Positions 21,817-33,347 are shown, counted from the first letter of the stretch. The stretch: 64,000 nt of DNA from an uncultured cyanobacterium (GCA_963719515.1 CAVRCJ010000005.1:64001-128000), one strand, 5' to 3'. Translations and numbers: made by a program. The notes: generated by a model from the letters alone, not told the origin.

Positions 21817-22060
21817 GGGTTATTTCCTCGCAGTTGGATTGGGGTTAGGACTGACAATCGCAGGCGAGGGCAGTAGACACCCTGTTCAATTTTGTCAAAG
21901 ATGGTTCGGGGGTAACGGCGTTTGGTGGCCCTGTTTCATTAAGAATCGTCTCTTCTAAAATCTGGTGCGATCGCCTACAAGCGGCTTCCAGAAGGCGATC
22001 GCGCCCGGCAACGCCAGTGAATTTATCCTAAAAGCTGTAATTGTCCGTAACGTAGCGCAT

Positions 22061-22453
22061 CTAAGCTGTGGGCGAGTCGGCATCTGGGGGGTCTACCGTC
22101 TGAGCGTCCGTCGTTTGAGCATCTACATCTAAAGAGCTGATCTCCGGGGCAGCGTCTGGAGAAGCGTCATCTTGAAGTTCAGCGCCGGGCGCGGCCTTTA
22201 CCCGCCGAATGGGCAAGTTGGCGATCAGCGCCGTCACCCGCTGGTCATTTTCTAAAGAGAACTCGGACAGGCTGGAGTCGATCTCGACGTAGCGGGCGAC
22301 CACTTCCAAAATCTCCTGCCGCATCTTTTCCATGATGTCCGGTGAAAGGTCAGCGCGGTCGTGGGCAAGGACGAGCTGAAGCCTCCGCTTTGCCTCGCTG
22401 CGGCTAGTTTCGGGGGAGCGATTGAAAAGCTTATCGAGGAGATCGAGAATCAT
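22061..22453 (-). CDS. minE: cell division topological specificity factor
   Basis: [23 protein letters not shown]. Confidence 0.95.
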   Translation of the reverse strand: MILDLLDKLFNRSPETSRSEAKRRLQLVLAHDRADLSPDIMEKMRQEILEVVARYVEIDSSLSEFSLENDQRVTALIANLPIRRVKAAPGAELQDDASPDAAPEISSLDVDAQTTDAQTVDPPDADSPTA

Positions 22454-22493
22454 GGGCGGGGCTGAGGTAAGGGTCTGCTAAGAGGAGACAGGG

Positions 22494-23312
22494 CTATCGT
22501 CGGTAGTGATCGCTATCGCCGCGAAACAGTCGGCGGATGCGGGAGAAAATGTCGTCGTGGGCGGCAGTCAGGTCAAGGAAGGGAACCTTTTTGCCGTTGA
22601 GCCGCTGCGCAATGTTCCTAAACGCAATCCCCGCTAGGGAGATGTTCTCGGAGAGCACCAGCGGCTCCCCTTTGTTCGTAGAGACAATCACCCGCTCATC
22701 ATCGGGAATCACCCCCAGCAGCGGAACGGCCAAAATATCCTGCACGTCCTGCACAGACATCATTCGGTCGGCCTGCACCATCTCCGCTCGCAGCCGATTG
22801 ACGATTAGGCGAATCGCCTTGATGCCGCTTGCCTCCAGCAGCCCAATCACGCGGTCGGCGTCGCGGACGGCGGCAACCTCCGGAGTGGTGACGATAATCG
22901 CCTCACGGGCTCCCACAACCGCGTTTTGAAACCCCATCTCAATGCCGGCAGGGCAGTCAATGAGCACAAAGTGATGCTGAGCCGCCACGTCTTTCACGAG
23001 CTTCGCCATTTGCTCCGTAGTCACCGCGTCCTTGGTGCGGTTCTGGGCAGCGGGCATCAGCGCTAGCTTGGGCTGCCGTTTGTCTTTTACTAGGGCCTGG
23101 TCAAGACGACAGTCGCCCGAAATCACTTCCATGGCGGTGTAAACGATGCGATTTTCGAGCCCCAGCAGCAAATCGAGGTTGCGCAACCCAAAATCGGCGT
23201 CTATTAAGGCCACCGAATGCCCCAGCTGAGCCAGCGCCATGCCCAGGTTGGCGGTACAGGTGGTTTTTCCAACGCCCCCTTTACCAGAGGTAACAACGAT
23301 GATGCGGCTCAT
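22494..23312 (-). CDS. minD: septum site-determining ATPase
   Basis: SGKGGVGKTT, DFGLRNLD, DCPAGIE. Confidence 0.97.
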   Translation of the reverse strand: MSRIIVVTSGKGGVGKTTCTANLGMALAQLGHSVALIDADFGLRNLDLLLGLENRIVYTAMEVISGDCRLDQALVKDKRQPKLALMPAAQNRTKDAVTTEQMAKLVKDVAAQHHFVLIDCPAGIEMGFQNAVVGAREAIIVTTPEVAAVRDADRVIGLLEASGIKAIRLIVNRLRAEMVQADRMMSVQDVQDILAVPLLGVIPDDERVIVSTNKGEPLVLSENISLAGIAFRNIAQRLNGKKVPFLDLTAAHDDIFSRIRRLFRGDSDHYRR

Positions 23313-23417
23313 GATTCTATGGGATCCAGTGGAGGATTTAATGGGACGGATGAATTTATCAGCAATAGGCTAGATGAGGTCAAGATTACCAACAAATGCG
23401 GCAGCGTAGGAAACCCT

Positions 23418-24197
23418 CTAGACAGAAGGACGACGCGCGCGGGCAAACTCTTGAGCGTGGACAATGCGGATGCCTTCAGGGGTAGCGTAAGCGACTTCGG
23501 GATGGTATTCAGCCGGAGGGGTCTCGGGCGATCGCGCAACGGCTCCGGCAATGCGGAGCTGAGTGGGCTCCATGCGCAGCGCCATAATGCGGCAGTCCTG
23601 GTTTCCGGCCGCCCCAGCCTGGGCCACGCCGCGTAGGGTGCCCCAAATAATCACGTCCCCGTCCGCCACCACGGCCCCGCCGGGATTGACGTCTCCCAAC
23701 ACGATCACAGAGCCAGAATGGCGAACCTCTACCCCGGAGCGCACCGTTGCCTCCACATACAGAGAGTCCACGGGAGAGGAAACCCGCTCTTTTTTTCCCT
23801 GGGACAGGTGCGCCACCGGCTCGTGCTGCTCTACCGAATAGCCCGCCGTTGCCGCCGCCACTGCGGTCTGCCGCCGACTCGTATAGACGCGCTTCAGGAG
23901 TAGGTCTAAATCGGCTAAGCTGCCGGCGATACTCTGGAGCTGCCGGGTATCCAGCAGGCGATCGCCTGCGACGAGGTGGACGAAGGTATTGGCTTCCCAA
24001 AAGCGATCGCCCGCCGTGAGCCGCTGCTGGAGCTGCCGCCAGATGTCGTTCCAGTCGGAGAGCCCATTGTCTTCCGGGGGAGGGGGCAGCAATAGCAGCA
24101 GTCGCCCGTCTTTTTCCTTAAAGCGGACCTGAGGGCCGCTCGGCGAATCCTGGGGGGGGGAAATCGTTGAAACGTTGGGGGAGGGGTCAGACGTCAT
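23418..24197 (-). CDS. minC: septum site-determining protein
   Basis: TVRSG, GDVNPG, WGTLRGVAQAG, PEVA. Confidence 0.95.
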   Translation of the reverse strand: MTSDPSPNVSTISPPQDSPSGPQVRFKEKDGRLLLLLPPPPEDNGLSDWNDIWRQLQQRLTAGDRFWEANTFVHLVAGDRLLDTRQLQSIAGSLADLDLLLKRVYTSRRQTAVAAATAGYSVEQHEPVAHLSQGKKERVSSPVDSLYVEATVRSGVEVRHSGSVIVLGDVNPGGAVVADGDVIIWGTLRGVAQAGAAGNQDCRIMALRMEPTQLRIAGAVARSPETPPAEYHPEVAYATPEGIRIVHAQEFARARRPSV

Positions 24198-24622
24198 TCT
24201 GGCTTATGTGAAATGGCTCAGGGCTAGGGTCAAGGCTGGGGAGCCAGTTGGGTAGACGCAGTAGTCAGCCGTTGCGCAGGCGATTACAAGACTAATCGGC
24301 CAAATTGTGATACTACAAATCGGCTATCTCTCGTAAATCCTACTGCAAATTAAGATTGGCGACCAGCCGCCGTGCCTGACGTCTTTCCCCAAAGGCGATC
24401 GCCTTTAGAAAAAGCAGCGGCGATCGCCGCTAGACCTAAGCAACCGGGAGATTTTATCAGAACTCTTGAAGCGGTAGGTGTAGTTTCCAAAAGGGAAAAG
24501 CACAACTGCATGAAATTACTTAAGCCCTTCGAAATTTGCGCGGATGGTGTTCCGCAGCATTCGTAAGTAGCAGCAGACCTATCTGGTAATGCAGACAAGG
24601 GCCGGCCTCCGGTATCTGAGCT

Positions 24623-25285
24623 ATGCACAGATGCTCTGCGAGCAGTAACGATCTCCCCCAGTACTTACTCCTTAACCCTATGTCCACCCGCGCAATGGTG
24701 TTGGCCGTCTCCGTGACCGCAATGCTCACCTCCGTCAAGGTTGCCGTATCTCCAGCTGTGCCCTTTGAGGAGCAGCGGCTCCCTTTGCCCAAGCAGCTTC
24801 CGCTTCTGAGCTGGCAGCAGATTAAAAGCGATCTCACCGATCAGACGGGGGAGTACCGCTATCGACGCGGGGGCGATCGGCTCAACGTTGAAGTCGCACT
24901 CCACAAAGGCGGCAATCTATTGGAGCAGACGAGCGATCGCTGGGAGGTCCCTCAGCAAGAGGTCAGCATCCGCAAAACTTCAGAAATTGGAGCGTATGCG
25001 GTCTTTGCCGATGAGAAGTCAGCCTATCTCACCGCCTGCATTCCCCCCAGCGGCTCGACCACAGTCACCGCCTCTCAGTTTGAGGTCAACCGCCTTCAGC
25101 AGGCCGTACTGCAGCGATCGCTCACGCGCCTTTTAGACTACACCTCAGTGACCAACTCCCGCTGTCTTTGGGTCACCCTGTCTACCCCCCTAGGCGACCA
25201 TTCGTCGCAGCTGTCCTTCCGGACCCTGCAGTCAGCTTGGTTCGAGCTCAATCTACAGTGGCAGCCTACGTTTCCTGAAGAGTAG
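24623..25285 (+). CDS. cyanoexosortase A system-associated-like protein
   Basis: YLTACI...G.TTVT..QF..NR and RCLW..LS.P patterns. Start uncertain. Confidence 0.65.
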   Translation: MHRCSASSNDLPQYLLLNPMSTRAMVLAVSVTAMLTSVKVAVSPAVPFEEQRLPLPKQLPLLSWQQIKSDLTDQTGEYRYRRGGDRLNVEVALHKGGNLLEQTSDRWEVPQQEVSIRKTSEIGAYAVFADEKSAYLTACIPPSGSTTVTASQFEVNRLQQAVLQRSLTRLLDYTSVTNSRCLWVTLSTPLGDHSSQLSFRTLQSAWFELNLQWQPTFPEE

Positions 25286-25467
25286 TCCCTAGTAGCGTCT
25301 CGGCTAACTTCGCTGGCCGAAAAAGCAGGTTGATTTGAGCCGCCGATAGCTGAGCTAACCAGCTCAGCTAATTATCAGACGCAGTCAGTACAATAGGGCT
25401 CTATCGTTATGGAGCAAGGTAGTACCGCACCACAAAACCGGTTAACTATCACCTAAGGACAACACCG

Positions 25468-27141
25468 ATGGTCAATTCTGAGCCGCACCCCTGGTGGGAA
25501 ACTGGAGTAATTTACCAGATTTACCCCCTCACTTTTGCCGACGGGAACGGCGATGGGGTGGGCGACCTGCAGGGCATCATCGAGCGGCTCGACTACTTCA
25601 ACGATGGCAACCCGGAGAGTCAAGCTTCCCTGGGCATCGACGCCATTTGGCTCTCCCCCATCAACAATTCCCCCATGGTGGATAACGGCTATGACGTCAG
25701 CAACTACTGCGACATTAACCCCATGTTTGGCTCCCTGGGGGAGTTTGACGCTCTGATCTCCGCCGCCCACCAGCGGGGCATCAAGATAATCATGGACTTG
25801 GTGGTGAACCACACCTCCGATGAGCACCCCTGGTTCCTGGAGTCAAAATCGAGCCGCGACAACCCCAAAGCCGATTGGTATCTGTGGCAAGAGACCGCCG
25901 AGGGGCAGTGGTTTCCCAACAACTGGCTGTCTTACTTTGGCGATACGGGCTGGACCCATGTCCCCGAACGGGGCCAGTTCTACTTCCACACCTTTAACGA
26001 AAACCAGGCCGACCTTAACTGGCAAAACCAGGAGGTGAGGGCTGCGGTCTACGACATCGTGCGCTTCTGGCTCGATCGCGGTGTGGATGGGTTTCGCCTC
26101 GACGCCTCTAGCGCCTACAGCAAAGACCCCTATTTCCGCGACAACCCCCTCAAGTATGGGGCAACTAACACCGCTTCTTACAACAACTACCACCACCTCT
26201 ACGACAAAAACCTGCCCGAAAATCACCACATCATTGCCGAGATTCGCGCCATCTTAGACGAGTACGGCGACCGGGTGCTCATTGGGGAAACCTTTATCGA
26301 TAACCGGCTATTTGACTCCATCGTTTTCCACGGTAAGGAGAATGACGAGCTGCACCTGCCCCTCAATTTCGAATTTCCCTTCAGTCCCTGGTATCCGGGT
26401 TACCTGCAGCGTCAGGTGCAAAAGACGGAGAGGTTGACGCCACCCGGAGCCTGGCCCGTCTACTTCCTCGATAACCACGACATCCCCCGTCACCTCTCCC
26501 GCTGGATTGAATGCAGCCTTTGCGTCGATTCGGAGGCGATCGCCAAGGCTGCGGCAACTCTGCTCCTCACGGTGCGGGGCACGCCCATTCTCTACTACGG
26601 CCAAGAGCTAGGAATGGTGGATAAAGAAGACATTCCCCCCGAGAAGCTGCAGGACAACGTCATCAAAATCAGCGAAACCGAGGATGTGCCCCCGCCGCGA
26701 GACGGGGCTCGCACCCCTATGCAATGGGACAGCTCGCCTCGGGCAGGCTTTAGCTTTGGCAAAGACGTGGAGCCCTGGCTGCCGGTGCATGAGAACTACA
26801 CCGAGCTAAATGTCAAAGCGGCTAAGGGCAACCCCGACTCTATCCTCAACTTCTACCGCCACCTGATCCACGTGCGCCGACAGAGCGAGGCGCTGCAGTA
26901 CGGCAGCTGGCGATCGCTGCTCGACTTCCCCCACGAGCATCTGGCCTATATGAGGGAAACTGAGTTAGAGCAAGTGCTGGTGTTGATCAACTTTACTTAC
27001 GAGCAGCCCCTGGGCTTAGACGTACCGATTGACTGCTCTAGCTGGCAGGTGCTGCTGTCTACGGACTATGAAACCGGCAAGCAAATCAATGTAGCAGAGA
27101 CGCTGAAGCCATTTGAGGTCTCTATTTTGAAGAAGGGGTAG
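25468..27141 (+). CDS. GH13 alpha-glucosidase
   Basis: YQIYP, DLVVNHTS, GFRLDA, NHD, YYGQELGM, RDGARTPMQW. Confidence 0.93.
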   Translation: MVNSEPHPWWETGVIYQIYPLTFADGNGDGVGDLQGIIERLDYFNDGNPESQASLGIDAIWLSPINNSPMVDNGYDVSNYCDINPMFGSLGEFDALISAAHQRGIKIIMDLVVNHTSDEHPWFLESKSSRDNPKADWYLWQETAEGQWFPNNWLSYFGDTGWTHVPERGQFYFHTFNENQADLNWQNQEVRAAVYDIVRFWLDRGVDGFRLDASSAYSKDPYFRDNPLKYGATNTASYNNYHHLYDKNLPENHHIIAEIRAILDEYGDRVLIGETFIDNRLFDSIVFHGKENDELHLPLNFEFPFSPWYPGYLQRQVQKTERLTPPGAWPVYFLDNHDIPRHLSRWIECSLCVDSEAIAKAAATLLLTVRGTPILYYGQELGMVDKEDIPPEKLQDNVIKISETEDVPPPRDGARTPMQWDSSPRAGFSFGKDVEPWLPVHENYTELNVKAAKGNPDSILNFYRHLIHVRRQSEALQYGSWRSLLDFPHEHLAYMRETELEQVLVLINFTYEQPLGLDVPIDCSSWQVLLSTDYETGKQINVAETLKPFEVSILKKG

Positions 27142-27333
27142 GCCTGGCATCGCCGCTGTGGCGCAGTCAAAAGCCGCAACCCAACGCCACAACTCAACGC
27201 CGCAGCCGAACTTCGACGGCTTTTCAGCTGCGCGTTCACCTGCGTATCTTTATAATTATTTCATCCTAGTTTATTGTTTCACGTGAGGCGAATGCTATTG
27301 AATGGGAGGAAGCAATATTCAGTCCGTTGAGAT

Positions 27334-28065
27334 ATGGAAGTCGCTATTGGTGTTGCCGGGCTTTGGGTACTGTGGCTTGTCAGCCCTAAACGATGGAGAC
27401 GCCGGCTTGTCGGGCCGCTCATCATCGTGGCCGCTGGCCTAATTGTGTTGAGCTCCTCCTGGTTTGTAGACCTGCTGACTTGGGGATTGACCTGGCCATT
27501 GCCCAATGACTCGGGCGATCGCGTCGATGCCATTGTGGTCTTGGGCCGAGGTGAATCGCTTCGGGACGAGCGGCTTGCCAAAGTGTGGCAGCTGTGGCGC
27601 GAAGAGCGCGCTTCGAATATCTTTGCGAGCGGCATGCTGGACGCAAAGTTTATCACTCGGCGCTTAGAAAAGAGCGGGGTGCCGGTGCTGTCTTTGGGGG
27701 GAGAAGAATGCTCCCAAACTACGGAAGAGAACGCGCTGTTTACGTCGGCGCTTCTACGCTCACGGGGGATAGACGACATCCTGCTGGTCACCGACTCGCC
27801 CCACATGCTGCGGGCATTTCTCACGTTTCGCAGCATGTCGTTTGAGGTCACCCCCCATCCTGTTTCGCTGCAGCCTCAGCAGATGGGCAAAATCAGTCGC
27901 TTGAGGACCGTCCTGAGAGAATATGTGGCCCTGCTTCACCATGCGATAACGGGCAAGTTTAAGGCGCGATCGCCTCAGGCGTTGGACAATCCGTCTGCGG
28001 AAATCACGCACAAGATCGACGACTGGAACTGCAAAGTTCCCAAAGCCCCCAAAGCTCAGCAGTGA
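27334..28065 (+). CDS. YdcF/DUF218 family protein
   Basis: DAIVVLG, T.ENA, LVTD..HMLRA. Confidence 0.88.
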   Translation: MEVAIGVAGLWVLWLVSPKRWRRRLVGPLIIVAAGLIVLSSSWFVDLLTWGLTWPLPNDSGDRVDAIVVLGRGESLRDERLAKVWQLWREERASNIFASGMLDAKFITRRLEKSGVPVLSLGGEECSQTTEENALFTSALLRSRGIDDILLVTDSPHMLRAFLTFRSMSFEVTPHPVSLQPQQMGKISRLRTVLREYVALLHHAITGKFKARSPQALDNPSAEITHKIDDWNCKVPKAPKAQQ

Positions 28066-28117
28066 GGTATTCGCCTTATCATGGTACGGACTAGAACATA
28101 TAGCGCGTTCTCGCCCC

Positions 28118-28567
28118 ATGTCTATTCCCTATTCCACGCAGGCGGCGGCCCGCGAGCCTTTCCTCGCTACGATACGAGAGCTTGCTAGGGCGTATCAGGC
28201 TTTTTCGACCTACTCGGAAAGATTTGTGCGGCAGTACGATTTGACGCCGGCTCAGTTTGACGTCGTCGCCACCCTGGGGAATACCAGCGGTCTTAGCATG
28301 GGTGACCTGGGCGAGAAGACGTTGATTACTAAGGGGACCTTGACGGGGATTGTTGACCGTCTAGAGAAAAAGGGGTTGGTCCAGCGCCAAGTGCCGCCAG
28401 AGAATCGCCGCAGCGTGATTGTTGATCTCACTCTAGAGGGGAAAACGCTGTTCGAGCAGGTTTTTCCCGCCCACATTGCGGACATGAGGCAGCATCTTGA
28501 GGCCATTGATCCTTCAGAGCTAGAGCTGCTGCGGGTACTGCTCAGTCGTCTGCAGCAGGTGTTCTAG
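28118..28567 (+). CDS. MarR family transcriptional regulator
   Basis: LTPAQFDV, TLTGIVDRLEKKGLV.R, NRRS..V.LT.EG. Confidence 0.92.
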   Translation: MSIPYSTQAAAREPFLATIRELARAYQAFSTYSERFVRQYDLTPAQFDVVATLGNTSGLSMGDLGEKTLITKGTLTGIVDRLEKKGLVQRQVPPENRRSVIVDLTLEGKTLFEQVFPAHIADMRQHLEAIDPSELELLRVLLSRLQQVF

Positions 28568-28836
28568 AGCGCGGCTGGGAAACCGCTGTCGTTTTCATCA
28601 GGGCAGTGATAGTATTAGCTCAAATAGTTCTAGTAAAAACTGTTTTACGCGGTGCTCTTAAGGCTGCTTTGCAAACGCGGCTGAGCGGGATTTTTGTTGG
28701 CTACGGTCTACAGAAAAGATAGAATCGGGCTCAATAGCAATCGGCAAGGCTCTAGCTACGGCCTTCCGACGCCGACTAGAAGGTTCCCAGCGCCAAGCTA
28801 AAGATACTAATTAGAACAAACTGCGCTTTTGAAGTC

Positions 28837-29607
28837 ATGCCCCAGCTTCCTGCCCTTTTCATTTCTCACGGTGCCCCCGATTTGCCCATTCGCGCTGGGG
28901 CGACTCAGGACTTTCGACGGCGCTTGCCTGAAGCGATCCCTTATCCTCAAGCCATCCTTGTGGTGTCGGCCCACTGGTCCACCGCCCAGCCAACCCTCGG
29001 CGGAGCCATTCGTCCCCAAACGATTCACGATTTTGGCGGCTTTCCTAAAGCCCTCTATCAGCTCCACTACCCTGTTCTAGGTGCCCCAGACCTGGCCGAA
29101 GACGCTGCTAAGCTCCTAACGCAGGCCGGTTTTTCGCCCCAGGTGCATCCGACGCGAGGTCTAGATCACGGCGCTTGGACTCCTCTCTTGGTGGCTTACC
29201 CGGAAGCCGCTATTCCGATTGTCCAGCTCTCGATCCAGGCCCATCAGCCACCCGCCTATCACCACCGCATAGGCCAGGCGCTAGCACCGCTGCGAGATAA
29301 AGGGGTGCTGATTGTGGGCAGCGGTGCCGCGACCCACAATTTAGGAGCATTTGTCCCAGACTACAGTGCGCCGCCGCCGGACTGGGTCGCGGCGTTTGAC
29401 CAGTGGCTGGCAGCGGCGATCGCCCAAAATGCGCCCCACCAGCTGCTGAACTACCGGGCGATCGCACCCTATGCAGTCCGAAACCACCCTACCGACGAAC
29501 ACCTGCTGCCGCTATTCGTCGCCCTTGGCGCAGGGGGCAGAGGGCGAAAAATCCACCATGGATTCACCTATGGGGCTTTTAGCATGGCGGCCTACGCCTT
29601 CGACTAA
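28837..29607 (+). CDS. DODA/YgiD-type extradiol ring-cleavage dioxygenase
   Basis: FISHGAP, SAHW, RGLDHGAW, THNL, HPTDEHLLP. Confidence 0.92.
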   Translation: MPQLPALFISHGAPDLPIRAGATQDFRRRLPEAIPYPQAILVVSAHWSTAQPTLGGAIRPQTIHDFGGFPKALYQLHYPVLGAPDLAEDAAKLLTQAGFSPQVHPTRGLDHGAWTPLLVAYPEAAIPIVQLSIQAHQPPAYHHRIGQALAPLRDKGVLIVGSGAATHNLGAFVPDYSAPPPDWVAAFDQWLAAAIAQNAPHQLLNYRAIAPYAVRNHPTDEHLLPLFVALGAGGRGRKIHHGFTYGAFSMAAYAFD

Positions 29608-29724
29608 TCCCTCCCTCCGTACGGGCAAGCGGCCGCTTGCCCCAACCCCTCTCGTACGGGCACAGCATGCCTCTGCCCCAACCCCAACCTAATCCCATCT
29701 CACCCCCATCAGAGAAATATCACC

Positions 29725-30720
29725 ATGGCGCTAGGACAACTCATCAACGGCAAATGGATCACCCAATGGACCGAACGCGACGAATCCGGGCAGTTCAACC
29801 GCATGCCCACCGATTTCCGCCAGCGGATCACCGCCGATGGCTCCAGCGGCTTCAAAACCGAACCCCATCGCTACCACCTCTACGTCTCCCTAGGCTGCCC
29901 CTGGGCCCACCGCACCGTGCTGCTGCGATCGCTTAAAGGCCTGCAGGACGCGATTAGCCTGTCGGTCGTGGACCCGGTCGTCAGCGAGCAGGGCTGGCGG
30001 TTTTCTGAGCGGGAAGGCTGCACTGCCGACAGCCTCTATCACGCTGACTATCTGTGGCAGATTTACGTGCGGGCCAGCTCCAGCTACACCGGGCGCGTGA
30101 CGGTGCCTGTGCTGTGGGACAAGCAAACCCAGACCATCGTCAACAACGAATCTCGGCAGATTATTCAGATGCTCAACGGCGAGTTCAACGCCTTTGCCGT
30201 CCACCCCGAGCGGGACTTTTACCCCAAGGAAGCGCGATCGCAAATCGACGGCGTCATGGATGCGATTTACCAGCCCATCAACAACGGCGTCTATCGCAGC
30301 GGCTTCGCTGCCTCACAAAGCGCTTATCAGGGGGCAGTGACGGAGCTATTTGAAGCCCTGGACCATTGGGAAGAGGTTTTGGGCCAGCGGCGCTACCTGT
30401 GCGGCAACCAGATTACCCTGGCGGACTGGTGCCTGTTCACGACGCTGTTTCGCTTCGACCTAGCCTACCACGGGCTGTTTAAGTGCAATCTCAGGCGGCT
30501 CGTGGACTACTCCAACCTCTGGGGCTACTGCCGAGATCTCTACCAGCAGCCGGGGGTAGGAGAGTGGTGCAGCATTGAGCACGTGAAGCAGCTTTACTAC
30601 GCCGGACTGCCCGAGCTGAACCCCAGCGGTATTATGCCTGAGGGGCCAGCAATTGACTACAGCCAGCCTCACAGCCGCGCCGCTCTTGTGGATGAACTGG
30701 CGATCGCCCCAATTTTGTAG
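29725..30720 (+). CDS. glutathionyl-hydroquinone reductase (GST Xi class)
   Basis: CPWAHR, RVTVPVLWD, NNES, NNGVY. Confidence 0.92.
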   Translation: MALGQLINGKWITQWTERDESGQFNRMPTDFRQRITADGSSGFKTEPHRYHLYVSLGCPWAHRTVLLRSLKGLQDAISLSVVDPVVSEQGWRFSEREGCTADSLYHADYLWQIYVRASSSYTGRVTVPVLWDKQTQTIVNNESRQIIQMLNGEFNAFAVHPERDFYPKEARSQIDGVMDAIYQPINNGVYRSGFAASQSAYQGAVTELFEALDHWEEVLGQRRYLCGNQITLADWCLFTTLFRFDLAYHGLFKCNLRRLVDYSNLWGYCRDLYQQPGVGEWCSIEHVKQLYYAGLPELNPSGIMPEGPAIDYSQPHSRAALVDELAIAPIL

Positions 30721-30797
30721 CCTGTTTCCCAAAAACCGCCCCATCCTGTGAGACAATATCGAACTTTAACCGCAAATTTTGCAGTTTGGAGGTTGTG

Positions 30798-31547
30798 ATG
30801 CAGACTGTTCCGACCGTCACCGACATCTTTGACTTTGCTAAGCAGATTGGCGTTCCCTTACCTAACTGGCTTCGCAATACCGAAGACTGGTCCACCGTGC
30901 TGCACGAGCTGGCCCACTGGGCCGTTAAGCCCCACGGCTACGTGCGTCAATACGTGGAAATGCTCAAGCCCTACGGCGACGCCATGCCCCTCAGCTCCAC
31001 CCCCTGCGCCGAGATGGTCCTGCGCTGGAAAGCCCCGCCCCTAGTGCGCTGGCCCGACGGGCAGCAGGCCTACCTGCGCCACGACCACATCTGTAACCAT
31101 CTACTCGACCCCACCCCCAACGAGTTTGGGGCTAGGGCCTGGGGGATACAGGTCCTCAGTAAGCTGGGCTGGCGGCACCCTATGGACTGCCCAGAGCTAA
31201 TGGACGAGATGCGGCTCAAGTTTGGTATGGCTCAGTTTGACTCCAACGAGCTTTTCGGGGCTGCTGAACCCTACAACGAGCCCCACCCCATCAGCGCTTA
31301 TGGCCCAGACCAGCTCGCATTTATGGGCATCGACGTCGCCAACGGCGTCTTTAGGCCCCAGGTGGAGCTAGACTTCGACGGCCAGTGGCTGCGGGTGCGC
31401 CGCGAGGAGACGGTGATTTGGGAGCACGATGTCTTCGCGGGGCTAGCGCTGCTGGGCTGGGGGGAGCCGGAGCCAGAGCTGACGGACTGCGAGCCGATTT
31501 TGCTGGAGGATCTGTTGGCGATTGCCCAGCAGGCCTCGCAGGCGTAA
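30798..31547 (+). CDS. hypothetical protein with HExxH motif
   Basis: VLHELAHW plus a downstream NEFGARAW. Host-like codon usage. Confidence 0.6.
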   Translation: MQTVPTVTDIFDFAKQIGVPLPNWLRNTEDWSTVLHELAHWAVKPHGYVRQYVEMLKPYGDAMPLSSTPCAEMVLRWKAPPLVRWPDGQQAYLRHDHICNHLLDPTPNEFGARAWGIQVLSKLGWRHPMDCPELMDEMRLKFGMAQFDSNELFGAAEPYNEPHPISAYGPDQLAFMGIDVANGVFRPQVELDFDGQWLRVRREETVIWEHDVFAGLALLGWGEPEPELTDCEPILLEDLLAIAQQASQA

Positions 31548-32781
31548 GCGCAAGGCCCATCCGCATCAGGGCCTTTCGACGCCCGCCGCTCCCCACCCCG
31601 CCGCTGGGGTTCTGCCGCCGCCAGCACGCTGCCGTCGGGGAACACCATAATGCCCGTCGCTGCCCCGATTTCTTCCGTCGGCTGTAGCTGATGTCCCAGC
31701 GCAGTCAGCCCTTGCCCAGCGGGCGTTTGCTCGAACCCGCCGTCCACCTGCGTTGTTTCGCCATTGCGCTGGGAAACGCGGGGGGCGGCGATCGCCTCAT
31801 TTAAGGGCAGCCCAAAGTCGATGGCGTTGACGGCGATGCCCAGCACCGTGGTGATGATGGTGGAGCCTCCGGGAGAGCCGAAGGCCATCACCGTTCCGTC
31901 AGGGGCCAAGGCGATGGTGGGGGCCATGCTGCTGCGGGGGCGCTTGCCCGGTTCGGGGGCGTTGGGGTGAGGCGCAGTCGCGTCAAAATCCGTCAGCTCG
32001 TTGTTGAGCAAAAATCCGTAGCCTGGGACGACGATGCCCGAGCCGCCTGTGGACTCGATGGTGAGGGTGTAGGAGACCAGGTTGCCCGCTGCGTCGGCGG
32101 CGGTGAGGTGGGTAGTGGAAAGCCCTTCGCCATCTATACTCGCGGCGACGGGCTCCAGCACAACGCTGGGGCTAGGGTCGGCTTGAAAGGGGTAGGGGTT
32201 GCCGGGGGTGGCGGGAGCGATCGCGGCGGTGCCGGTGATGAGGTCGCGGCGGACGTCGGCGTAGTCAGGGGCGAGCAGTCCGGCCACCGGAGCGTCGACG
32301 TATTCTGGGTCCCCCAGGTAGGCAGCGCGATCGCCGTAGGCCAGCCGCTCGGCTTCAATTACCTGGTGCCAAGCTTGGGAACGCTCTAGCCCGGAAAGGT
32401 CGGTGCCCTCCAGTAGGTTGAGCACCTGGAATGAAGTGATGCCGCCGCTGCTGGGCAAGCCCATGCCGTAGAGCTGGTGGCCTCGGTAGGCGGTAGTGAC
32501 GGGGGGACGCGCGACCACATGGTAGCGATCGAGGTCAGCTGAGGTCATACTGCCAGGGATGACGGGGAAGGGGGGCGCGTCTATGACGGGGGGCTGCTGC
32601 ACCGTCTGCACAATGGCCGCGCCGATATCGCCCCGGTAGACGGCATTGGTGCCCGCCTCGGCAAGCCGGCGGTAGGTGCGGGCGAGGTCGGGGTTGCGGA
32701 AAGTGCTGCCCACGGTGGGGGGCTGACCATCGGGCAAATAGAGGTCGCGGGTAGAGGTGAAGGCGGCGAAGCGCCCTTGAT

Positions 32782-33347
32782 CTAAAAACGGCTGCGCATA
32801 CCCCGCAGCTTGCTGCGATTGGGATAAGCAGCCCGCCGACCGTCAGGTCGGCAATACAATTGGGTTATGAAGCTGCAACGAGCGAGTCACTGCGTGTATC
32901 AAATCCGCTACCACATGGTGTTCTGCATCAAGTACCGTCGAGGGCTGTTGGTTCTAGAGGAACGGTGCGATTACTTGAAGGGAGTGTTCAAAGAAATCGG
33001 CGAACGCTACTGGTTTGAGCTTGAGGAGATGGGAACAGATGGCGATCATGTACATCTATTTGTGGGAGCAGCGCCTAAGTACGCGCCATCGCGAGTGATG
33101 CAGATTCTCAAAAGTATCAGCGCAAGAGAGATGTTCAAGCGGTTCCCAGAAATGCGCAAACAGTTGTGGGGAGGAGAGTTTTGGAGTGATGGCGGGTATA
33201 TCGGGACGGTCGGAGATGGGGTGAATACAGAAATCGTCAAACGCTATATTCAGGAGCAAGGCAGTGATGAAGAAAAGGTCAAAGGCCGTCAGATGAGGCT
33301 GTTTCCCCTCTAGATACCCCGCAGCTTGCTGCGATTGGGCTATTCAT
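32782..33347 (+). mobile_element. IS200-type element (tnpA only, 566 bp)
   Basis: Identical 26-bp subterminal hairpins ATACCCCGCAGCTTGCTGCGATTGGG at both ends. Inserted 3' of TTGAT with no TSD. Confidence 0.9.
32867..33313 (+). CDS. tnpA: IS200/IS605 Y1 HUH transposase
   Basis: YHMVFCIKYRR, DHVHL, WSDGGY, catalytic YI.EQ. Confidence 0.95.
   Translation: MKLQRASHCVYQIRYHMVFCIKYRRGLLVLEERCDYLKGVFKEIGERYWFELEEMGTDGDHVHLFVGAAPKYAPSRVMQILKSISAREMFKRFPEMRKQLWGGEFWSDGGYIGTVGDGVNTEIVKRYIQEQGSDEEKVKGRQMRLFPL

Noticed and set aside
31298..31565. Long Ser-rich C-terminal extension of GGT overlapping the opposite gene
   Set aside because: It arises from a 1-nt shift in a G-run. The corrected frame stops at about 31566.
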